In this document: positions 48,501 to 60,500 of the stretch, in pieces | How positions within the stretch are numbered: the first letter of the stretch is position 1 | Layout: the number at the start of each line of letters is the position of its first letter | From: Balanoglossus misakiensis | Lineage: Eukaryota > Animalia > Hemichordata | Direction: 5' to 3' | Assembly (NCBI GenBank): GCA_040954595.2 | Contig: CM082596.2 | Coordinates: forward strand, 9,754,461-9,818,460 | DNA: 64,000 nucleotides | Position numbers and translations under genes: made by a program | Notes under the pieces: generated by a model | What the model was told of the DNA's origin: nothing | Seen by the model: the letters and a program-made list of their open reading frames with translations, nothing else | The model's database searches: none

Positions 48501-51500
48501 TACCAACCTGACTTCTGCAGGTTTATTCTATTGATGCGGATATATTTATTCATTTATTTGTTTGTTTGTTTGTTTGTTTGTTTGTTTGTTTAAGGAAATT
48601 TCACATTAGATTTCAATTTTTGTAACATTATTCTCATGCTCCTCCTTCATTACTTACAGGATGGAGACACCCCTTTGCATGATGCAGCAAGGAGGGATAA
48701 TGGTGAAGCCCTTGTCAGATTGTTATTGGAACACAAAGCTGATGCTAACATACGAAACAAGGTAAATACCAACCTGACTTCTGCAGGTTTATTCTATTGA
48801 TGCGGATATATTTATTCATTTATTTGTTTGTTTGTTTGTTTGTTTAAGGAAATTTCACATTAGATTTCAATTTTTGTAACATTATTCTCATGCTCCTCCT
48901 TCATTACTTACATGATGGAGACACCCTTTTGCATTATGCAGCAAGGTTTCGTGATGAAGGCCGTGTCAGATTGTTATTGGAACACAAAGCTGATGCTAAC
49001 ATACAAAACAAGGTAAATACCAACCTGACTTCTATAGGTTAATTCTGAAAGTATTGAAATATTTTTTTGTTTTTTTTTGTTTAAGGAAATTTCACATTAT
49101 ATTTCAATTTTTGTGACATTATTCTCATGCTCCTCCTTCATTACTTACAGGATGGAGACACTCCTTTGCATTATGCAGTAAGGGATGGTGATGAAGGCCA
49201 TGTCAGATTGTTATTGGAACACAAATCTGATGTGACCATACAAAACAAGGTAAATACCAACCTGACTTCTGCAGGTTTATTCTATCAATGCGGATATATA
49301 TTTATTCATTTATTTGTTTGTTTGTTTGTTTATGGAAATTTCACATAATATTTCAATTTTTGTGACATTATTCTCATGCTCCTCCTTCATTACTTACAGG
49401 ATGGAGACACTCCTTTGCATTATGCAGCAAGGAGGGTTGGTGGTGAATGCCTTGTCAGATTGTTATTGGAACACAAAGCTGATGCTAACATACAAAACAA
49501 GGTAAATACCAACCTGACTTCAGCAGGTTTATTCTATCACTGCGGATATATTTATTCATTTATTTGTTTGTTTGTTTGTTTAAGGAAATTTCACATTAGA
49601 TTTCAATTTTTGTGACATTATTCTCATGCTCCTCCTTCATTACTTACAGGATGGAGACACTCCTTCGCATGATGCAGCAAGGAGGGATGATGGTGAAGCC
49701 CTTCTCAGATTTTTTTTGGAACACAAAGCTGATGCTAACATACGAAACAAGGTAAATACCAACCTGACTTCTGCAGGTTTATTCTATTGATGCAGATATA
49801 TTTATTCATTTATTTGTTTGTTTGTTTGTTTAAGGAAATTTCACATAATATTTCAATTTTTGTGACATTATTCTCATGCTCCTCCTTCATTACTTACACG
49901 GTGGAGACACTCCTTCGCATGATGCAGCAAGGAGGGATGGTGGTGAAGGCCTTGTCAGATTGTTATTGGAACACAAAGCTGATGCTAACATACAAAACAA
50001 GGTAAATACCAACCTGACTTCTGCAGGTTAATTCTGAAAGTATTGAAATATTTTTTTGTTTTTTTTTGTTTAAGGAAATTTCACATTATATTTCAATTTT
50101 TGTGACATTATTCTCATGCTCCTCCTTTATTACTTACAGGATGGAGACACTCCTTTGCATTATGCAGCAAGGGATGGTGATGAAGGCCATGTCAGATTGT
50201 TATTGGAACACAAAGCTGATGTTTACATACAAAACAAGGTAAATACCAACCTGACTGCTGCAGGTTTATTCTATCAGTGCGGATATATTTATTCATTTAT
50301 TTGTTTGTTTGTTCGTTTACGGAAATTTCACATTATATTTCAATTTTTGTGACATTATTCTCATGCTCCTCCTTCAGTACTTACAGGATGGAGACACTCC
50401 TTTGCATTATGCAGCAAGGAGGGTTGGCAAAGGCCTTGTCAGATTGTTATTGGAACACAAAGCTGATGCTAACATACAAAACAAGGTAAATACCAACCTG
50501 ACTTCAGCAGGTTTATTCTATCAATGCGGATATATTTATTCATTCATTTGTATGTTTGTTTGTTTAAGGAAATTTCACATTAGATTTCAACTTTTGTGAC
50601 ATTATTCTCATGCTCCTCCTTCATTACTTACAGGATGGAGACACTCCTTCGCATGATGCAGCAAGGAGGGATGGTGGTGAAGGCCTTGTCAGATTGTTAT
50701 TGGAACACAAAGCTGATGCTAACATACAAAACAAGATAAATACCAACCTGACTTCAGCAGGTTTATTCTATCAATGCGGATATATTTATTCATTTATTTG
50801 TTTGTTTGTTTGTTTAAGGAAATTTCACATTAGATTTCAATTTTTGTGACATTATTCTCATGCTCCTCCTTCATTACTTACAGGATGGAGACACTCCTTC
50901 GCATGATGCAGCAAGGAGGGATGGTGGTGAAGGCCTTGTCAGATTGTTATTGGAACACAAAGCTGATGCTAACATACAAAACAAGGTAAATACCAACCTG
51001 ACTTCTGCAGGTTAATTCTGAAAGTATTGAAATATTTTTTTGTTTTTTTTTTGTTTAAGGAAATTTCACATTATATTTCAATTGTTGTGACATTATTCTC
51101 ATGCTCCTCGTTTATTACTTACAGGATGGAGACACTCCTTTGCATTATGCAGCAAGGAGGGTTGGTGGTGAAGGCCTTGTCAGATTGTTATTGGAACACA
51201 AAGCTGATGTGACAATACAAAACAAGGTAAATACCAACCTGACTTCTGCAGGTTTATTCTATCAATGCGGATATATTTATTCATTTATTTGTTTGTTTGT
51301 TTGTTTATGGAAATTTCACATTAGATTTCAATTTTTGTGACATTATTCTCATGCTCCTCCTTCATTACTTACAGGATGGAGACACTCCTTTGCATTATGC
51401 AACAAGGAGGGTTGGTGGTGAATGCCTTGTCAGATTGTTATTGGAACACAAAGCTGATGCTAACATACAAAACAAGGTAAATACCAACCTGACTTCAGCA

Positions 51501-54500
51501 GGTTTATTCTATCACTGCGGATATATTTATTCATTTATTTGTTTGTTTGTTTGTTTGTTTAATGAAATTTCACATTAGATTTCAATTTTTGTGACATTAT
51601 TCTCATGCTCCTCCTTCATTACTTACAGGATGGAGACACTCCTTCGCATGATGCAGCAAGGAGGGATGGTGGTGAAGGCCTTGTCAGATTGTTATTGGAA
51701 CACAAAGCTGATGCTAACATACAAAACAAGGTAAATACCAACCTGACTTCAGCAGGTTTATTCTATCAATGCGGATATATTTATTCATTTATTTGTTTGT
51801 TTGTTTGTTTAAGGAAATTTCACATTAGATTTCAATTTTTGAGACATTATTCTCATGCTCCTCCTTCATTACTTACAGGATGGAGACACTCCTTCGCATG
51901 ATGCAGCAGGGAGGGATGGTGGTGAAGGCCTTGTCAGATTGTTATTGGAACACAAAGCTGATGTGACCATACAAAACAAGGTAAATACCAACCTGACTTC
52001 TGCAGGTTAATTCTGAAAGTATTGAAAGATTTTTTTGTTGTTGTTTTTTTGTTTAAGGAAATTTCACATTACATTTCAATTTTGTGACATTATTCTCATG
52101 CTCCTCCTTCATTACTTACAGACAGGAGACACCCCTTTGCATGATGCAGCAAGGAGGGATGATGGTGAAGGCCTTGTCAGATTGTTATTGGAACACAAAG
52201 CTGATGCTAACATACAAAACAAGGTAAATACCAACCTGACTTCTGCAGGTTTATTCTATCAATGCGGATATATTTATTCATTTATTTGTTTGTTTGTTTG
52301 TTTGTTTGTTTGTTTGTTTGTTTGTATAAGAAAACACATTTCATTTCAATTTTTGTGACATTGTTCTCATGCTCTTCCTTCATGACTTACAGAAAGGAGA
52401 CCCCTTTGCATTTTGCAGCATATGTCATATAATTTTGTCATTGTCCTTTGAATCAAAACTGCTCACTCTGTCGGGTCAGGTGTTATACAGGCAGGTGTGG
52501 AAACGATTTGCATTCCTTTCTTTCTTTCTTTGTTAATCAATCAATTGTTGTTCTATTCATTGATCATCACCCCCCTGTATCATGAACATCACAAGGCAAT
52601 GCATTGAATTCAGCTCTTCCAGCTAGTGGCCGCACTTGCTTGATTTCCTGCGTGTGTCTCTGGGGATGAAAAGAATGCATATGCGTCTTTTCCTAATTTG
52701 CATATTTTGAATGGGTGTTCCAACGTGAGTAACCGTTCATTGACTTCCAGCTCGCATCGAATACACGTTAGGGACTGTTTTTACGGCTGGGGGGGGGGGC
52801 AAGTTTGGGTCATCGATTTTCAAAATCAGGCCGACCCCCCCTTCACCCTGGACCAAAAAATGATGACCCCCCCTTTGACAGACCCAAAATATGATGACCC
52901 CCCCCCCCCCCCCCCGCTGAAAACATTCGCCGTGCTGATCCTATGTACACTGTATGCAATAAAGGGAATGAGGCTCCTCACACCTCAATTATAAATTTCT
53001 TAAAGTAATTGAAGTATATATAATAGTATATCGTTGCAATAAAAAATATATGAACAAAATAAAATGACAAGTCAATACAATAGAAAATTTAAGAAAATTT
53101 TGTAAAATACGGTGCTCAAAGTTGCATTCGAATGAACTCTAAAGCAAATTAACTCAATGTTAGGCAGGACAAATTTTAATTTTGCCACTCCACTCAAAGT
53201 AAACATCGGGGGTAGGGTGGGTAGAAGTCTGCCGTGGTACACTAGACAAACCAGCGAATAAATGATATGTGGCGAAGAATGGAGGGGGAGGGGTGTGCGA
53301 GGGGGTGTCCCCCTCCCACATAAGAAAATTTTGTAAAATATGTAGCTCAAAGTTGCATTTTTATGAACTCAAGAGCAAATTATCTCAGTGTTTGGGAGGA
53401 CCTAAAATTTGACTTATAGGTGTGCGTGCCTCAATCATCTGATGAATGTATTCATCTATGAAAATTTGTGATCCATTTTCAGAACGTAGTGACTCCTTGT
53501 CAAGAGGCAGGAAGGAAGGCTGGGCGGGGTGCAGGCACCAATATTGCAAGAGCCTTTGTGGAATATCATTTTGACAATGAGAAAGTATATCAGGCAAGTA
53601 TTGAGTTAGATTTAAAAGGGCAAGGTTACTCACTTTTGATAAAACAGTGAAATTGTGTCAGTTACCGACCACCTCTATATAGTGGCCACTTTGTTACAGT
53701 CCCTGTGCAGTTAACATGGGCAATTATTGACTTGTATATACAGGCCACCTGTCTATTAAGGCCAATTTAGGAAAGTCACTCTGACTGGCCAATTTGGACT
53801 GTGAGATTTGGCTGTATTTCAGTTATTTACCAATTGGCTCTTTCTGTTGTTCTAAAAGATGCTCATTGACCAGTTTTATAAAGCTTACCGGCAACTCACA
53901 CCTGACACATGGATATTTAAATCCATTTATTTTTTACCAAAATTATTTAACAATAGTGTCCATAATATGCATGGTGTGGTATAATTGTCATAATCCTGTA
54001 CTTTACAGCTAGTTCATTTAAGCAATAAAACACCCCCAGCCATGGTATACCACTCGATTTTGACCAGTTCACGACATATACGCACTCGCTATCGCTCCTG
54101 CGTATATGTCGTGAACTGGTCAAAATCGAGTGTGTATATGTCGTGAACTAATCAAAATCGAGTGTTATACCATGGCTGGGGGTGTTTTATTGCTATTATA
54201 TTATGCCAGTATATTGAAACTTTGCATAAAACATTTTAAAAAGGCATTTTCTTTGACTATGCTATATGACTGTGGTATATGGCTAATATATCACAGTCAC
54301 GTGTCGTGTCTCGACCAATAAAATAGTGTGATTTACACCATCAATATACTGGTATAATATAATCAATCATATATGTTCTGTTTTCATCAATGAAAATACA
54401 GGCAGTTATAAACTCAGTGTATGACAGAGATGACAAAAGAGACCTGATCAACCATCATAAGGTACGTCATAATGTTGATAATAAATGGCTATGAAAACAT

Positions 54501-57500
54501 ATCATATCACTAGTGTATTTGAATTTATCTTCTATATTTATAACATGGAAAACATAAAACCAGACTGTCATATAAATTTTTAACTACATACTTATTCTAT
54601 TGTGCCAGCTAGGAAGGCATTAAAGGGACATTACCTATAACTTTTGGCTTTATTTCCAGATTTTTTTCCTTTTGTGTACAAAATGCAATTTCATGTTCTT
54701 CTCCAAACTGCATGCTAATATGCCCAGTACTCAACTTGTGTATATTGCCTGTCTCTGTAACAACCATTGTTATTGTTGACTCATGAATTCTAGTCCGGAC
54801 TTCAATTCAAATTTTGCAAAATAACAATGTTGAATATACACAAAGAGTACACAACTATCGAGGTGTGCGTCACAAAGAGATGACAAACTTATGCAAATAG
54901 AAGTTATGGAAAAAATATGTTAAATTTGGCAGCTCATGAGGCTTTAACTATGCATTATTTCTATAGTGTTAATGATAGCTTCCACATCATAAGCACATCA
55001 TAATAGTGTAGTTAACAATGTAAATTATATTTTTTGATACTAGCGTTTTTATCAATATCTTTTCTGAAGCAAAATGTCATGTGACTTCTTTGAAGACATG
55101 GTGTTTAATTGAAAGGCATGTAAATTGAGTGTAAAAATTCCCAATATATATAACACATAACATATCTGTTCAAATTCTGACAGGTGTTTTCCCGCCAAAA
55201 AGAATTCACAGCACTCATGAGACAACCTGGTGTCAAACGTAATACTACAAAGATTGTGTTAGCTGGATACGGTGCGAATGGCAAAACTACGCTCAAAGAA
55301 TCATTGCAGCGGGTGTGTAGAAATCTTTGATTATAAATGCCAATTATTGCTGTTTTTGAGGAGTGAAGGATTTGTGCAAATATTAAAGTTTTCATGAAGA
55401 CTACATTTCAGTGGAAATCAGGGTACATATTTTGTTGACCAACCAATTCTCCAAATATTTTATATTATTACAATATGATTGGCATTAATCAAGCTTGCTG
55501 ATTGGCCCGAGTCGCGGTTTATATCCTCAACGAGAAGACCTGAACCCTGAACAGTGAATAACTAAAAAATAGCGTCAAGGACACTGTGGTCCCATTTGAG
55601 GATTATGCGGAAACAGTGACACACCATAATAAAAATTACAGGTGACATTGCAAGCAGATCTGCAATAAGCATATCTGCTCTGGATGACAAGATATGGAAA
55701 AGTAGGTCAAAGGTCACCTGAGGTTATGCAAAATTTGGGCAAGAAATGTTGACCCTATACTGGTCCATGTTCAACAAAAATCAAACCTATAGCCCTATTG
55801 GTTAGCCTGGAATTAGGTATGCACATAATTAATGAGATATGCAGGTGTCACAGGTGACCCCCAATTTTGGCTTTTCAATTTTAGTCCCAACCCTCCAAAC
55901 GCTAAGTCTGTACCTGCTCTGGATGCCAAGATATGATAAAGTAGGTCAAAGGTCACCTGATGTCATGCAAAAGTTGGGCAAGAAATTTTGACCCTATACT
56001 GCATATACTGGTCCAGGTTCAACAAAAACCAAACCTATAGCCCTATTGGTTAGCCTGGAATTAGGTATGCACATAATTAATGAGATATGCAGGTGTCACA
56101 GGTGACCCCCAATTTTGGCTTTTCAATTTTAGTCCCAACCCTCCAAACGGCAAGTCTGTACCTGCTCTGGATGCCAAGATATGATAAAGTAGGTCAAAGG
56201 TAACCTGAGGTCATGCAAAATTTGGGCAAGAAATTTTGACCTCATACTGGTCTATGTTCAACAAAAACCAAACCTATAGCCCTATTGGTTAGCCTGGAAT
56301 TAGGTATGCACATAATTGATGAGATATGCAGGTGTCACAGGTCACCCCCCAATTTTGGCTTTACAATTTTAGTCCCAACCCTCCGAAAGCCAAGTCTGTA
56401 CCTGCTCTGGATGCCAAGAAATGGTAAAGTAGGTCAAAGGTCACCTGAGGTCATGCAAAATATGGGCAAGAAATTTTGACCCTATACTGGTCCATGTTCA
56501 ACAAAAACCAAACCTATAGCCCTATTGGTTAGCCTGGAATTAGGTATGCACATAATTAATGAGATATGCAGGTGTCACAGGTGACCCCCAATTTTGGCTT
56601 TTCAATTTTAGTCCCAACCCTCCAAACGCTAAGTCTGTACCTGCTCTGGATGCCAAGATATGATAAAGTAGGTCAAAGGTCACCTGATGTCATGCAAAAG
56701 TTGGGCAAGAAATTTTGACCCTATACTGCATATACTGGTCCAGGTTCAACAAAAACCAAACCTATAGCCCTATTGGTTAGCCTGGAATTAGGTATGCACA
56801 TAATTAATGAGATATGCAGGTGTCACAGGTGACCCCCAATTTAGGCTTTTCAATTTTAGTCCCAACCCTCCAAACGGCAAGTCTGTACCTGCTCTGGATG
56901 CCAAGATATGATAAAGTAGGTCAAAGGTAACCTGAGGTCATGCAAAATTTGGGCAAGAAATTTTGACCTCATACTGGTCTATGTTCAACAAAAACCAAAC
57001 CTATAGCCCTATTGGTTAGCCTGGAATTAGGTATGCACATAATTGATGAGATATGCAGGTGTCACAGGTCACCCCCCAATTTTGGCTTTACAATTTTAGT
57101 CCCAACCCTCCGAAAGCCAAGTCTGTACCTGCTCTGGATGCCAAGAAATGGTAAAGTAGGTCAAAGGTCACCTGAGGTCATGCAAAATATGGGCAAGAAA
57201 TTTTGACCCTATACTGGTCCATGTTCAACAAAAACCAAACCTATAGCCCTATTGGTTAGCCTGGAATTAGGTATGCACATAATAAATGAGATATGCAGGT
57301 GTCACAGGTGACCAATATTTTGGCTTTTCAATTTTAGTCCCAACCCTCCAAACGCCAAGTCTGTACCTGCTCTGGATGCCAGATATCTGAAAGTAGGTCA
57401 AAGGTCACCTGAGGTCACCCAAATTTGGGCAAGAAATTTTGACCCTATACTGGTCCATGTCCCACAAGAACGAAGCCTCTAGCCCTATTAGTTAGCCCAG

Positions 57501-60500
57501 AATTAGGTATGCACATAATTAATGTGTTAAGCAGGTACTACAGGTGAGCCCAAAATTTTGCCTTTTATTTTGGCCCCATTGTGCTCACTGACCAATAGAC
57601 AGTCACTGTACAGGACTATTGCACAGACCAGAATTCCACAATAAGACGTGGACATAGCTTAACCATAGAGGTATAAGTAAAGGTATAACTTTAATAAAAA
57701 GACTAAAAAATTCATAAAAAATAAAGCATCGATGATATCAACTTAACACTTACGGGTCGATGTGAGGTTGACATATGGTACATGCATACCAATTTTTAAA
57801 GCAATCTGACGAGTAGTTGTTGACTTTCAGAGTTTTGATAAATTTCACATTTTTCCAGCTAATTTGCATATTTTTGGGCCTGGCAACTTCGTTTGGACAA
57901 ACTCCCATCTACAGCCCAGCCTGCACCTACACACCAAATATTGAGGTGATACGCGCAGCGGTTTTCAAGTTTTTGATGTGGACGGACATACAGACATACA
58001 TCCATCCATACATCCATACATCCATCCATACATACATACAGACGCAACCGATCCCATAAGGTCCCATGGTATATATGCCTATACCAATGGGACCTAAAAA
58101 TAACCGAAATGGGACACATAGAACAGAACGCCTCGCCTCGCTCAGTGATTATTTCCCGCCAAATATGCTAAGTTTCACCTGGGAGGTCTTATATCCGGAA
58201 TCAAATACTCTCGCTTGCCGTTTATAAGTTTACAACCTCTAAATTGTGAGAAAATCATCACTTATGTTCATATATTACAATGCAGAACTTTGTGCAAGCA
58301 AAATTGACTCGACGGTCAGAAGAGAAAGCACCTTTACCAGGGAACATGCAGTACACACCAACACCCGCCATAGATGTAGCCACATTATCCATACCCAAGA
58401 TTGGCAAGTTCAGTGTGTGGGACTTTGCAGGACAAACAGAATACTATGTCACACATAATATGTTCCTAAGAGTCGAGAATGCAGTGGTTTTATTGGTCTT
58501 CAAAATGGCTGAGGACAAGCAGGATGTAGTTTGGACACCAAGAAAACTTATGCAACAGCAGAGACAAGAGGTGGGTTGTTGTTTTTTTTGTTACTGATGA
58601 TAAGTGATATTAATATTTTGGGCAATTATGGAATAAAGGTAAAGATGAAACTCAGAAAGGGCACAGTGCATATATTACAATATTTTTTTTATTACTAAGC
58701 AGTGCATCAGTGAATTAGGTGGTGCAATATTGTGAATGAAATTAAAGTAAAGATGAATGGCACAGTATATATATTTGTGAAACATTTATCTCTTTTTGTT
58801 TTTATCCAGATTTAGGGACTGATTGAATATAATATGATTGATGACTTTATATTCTTCTTCATGTCTTTCTTTAATAGGTGACATCATGGCTTGCATTCCT
58901 TAAGGCAATCATACCACAAGATATGGATGAGGGTGGGAGTAAACCAAAAGTGATATTGATTGGAAGCAAGGCTGATTTGTTGAAAGCTGAACACAAGAAA
59001 GAAGGTATGTTCAGTACATGTTTAGATAAAAGGTGACAAGAGCGAGGGTATTTACACAATTGGGAGCCTGGTGTGGGAGTACACTCAATCTGATTAAAAC
59101 CAGATGTAGTGTTGGGCGCTGTCTTTACCTTTGCTGATTCTTGGCTGTTCTGTTCGAAAGGGACACCCATACTACATCTGAACCTATGCAAAAGGAGATC
59201 TCATTACTATTCAACATTTTACCTATTCAGATAGTGTGATTGATGTAGAATTTCACCGGATGCTTTCAAAAAATACAAAACAGCACCAAAGTGGCCTCTT
59301 CTGTGTATATGTCCATACTTTGTAAATAAAAATCTATCAAGAGATCATTACTTTTTTCTTGATAGCTGAATTGGTGATGAGGGAAATACTCCAGACAGCT
59401 CAGAAGACCTTTGGCAAATACCTGAATATTCTTGATGAGACATTCATACTGAATTGTCACAACTCGCAGCATAATGATAAGCACAGATTGCGTGAATGTC
59501 TACGAAGTGCAAAGGTATGGTTTTATAGATATTCTGCAATGTGTGACTGGATTGAACATGTTAATTCATTAGGGCCATATTTGACAAAGGCATGCTTTAC
59601 ATCACCTTAATACTCTCATGTAATGCATAGAGTCCAAGAAAGCCAACTATCAGATAGTAATAACTGAACTCTTATCAGTGGGAAATAAGTCAAGGTTGTA
59701 TACTTTTGACTTACCGGGTATCAGAACTGTCTAAAAGGGCGTTCTCACTGGCACGTTTACACTGGTGCTACATCGGTGTAGATTTGACACCGACGGAAAA
59801 AAACAAGTGAGAACGCTTTACACCGGTGTTGGGCCGGTGTTAATTTGCGACAGCGATGGGTGGTGGGTCAGGGCCAGTGCTGGGCCAGCGCTCCGACGCA
59901 AATAATCAGTGAGAACGCAAAGATAAACAAACACCGTTCAAAAGCGCCACCCTGCAGTGCCTTTTGGGTATGTTTATTAGGTATAGCCCATTGTCTTTGG
60001 TCAGTTTCCATTGTTAAGTCAATCACACTGGATGCGAGTGGTTTTCAAACCATTCGCAGTTTGCCAGGTCTGCAACACTTCAGTCTGCTACCAACTTCCA
60101 GAAGGTTCTCTCGATCACCAAAAAGCCGAGGCATTTTCCATTTATGGATTAACATTCATTTACTTCTAAACATTATCAAAACTGTCACAAAGTCGTCTAG
60201 AACGTATATGCAGGTATATAAACTGCAACATGTTGCTGTAATGTCCTCGAGATCCTCAATTTTGTTAGTTGCCGTGTTGCTAAACATGGCCATTTAGACA
60301 GTGTTTATTTCAAAACAGTGGCCAAAAGTTTAGTGTGTGGACGCAAGGAGATTCTGTGGGCTAATCCCCTGTGTTTGCAGAGAGTAAACACTGGCATAAC
60401 ACCGGTGTCCAAACTTTTAGTGAGAACAAGACTTTAAATAATGGGCTGTGTCTGTAAAGGGTGAATATCACTGTTGCCAGTATTGTTCGAGTTGCTTTTC

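Noticed and set aside
47820-52358. ORF-track proteins MLLLHYLQDGDTPLH...VNTNLTSAGLFY as separate small genes
   Set aside because: The flanking residues are translated intron (polypyrimidine tract, donor, TTTG microsatellite). Only the 99/102-nt cores are coding.
47820-52420. CRISPR-like or plain satellite interpretation of the ~250-bp array
   Set aside because: No short repeat-unique spacer structure and no cas genes. Units have splice sites and open ankyrin exons in a eukaryotic gene.
56285-57206. Two identical 64-aa ORFs
   Set aside because: By-product of the 727-bp higher-order satellite repeat.
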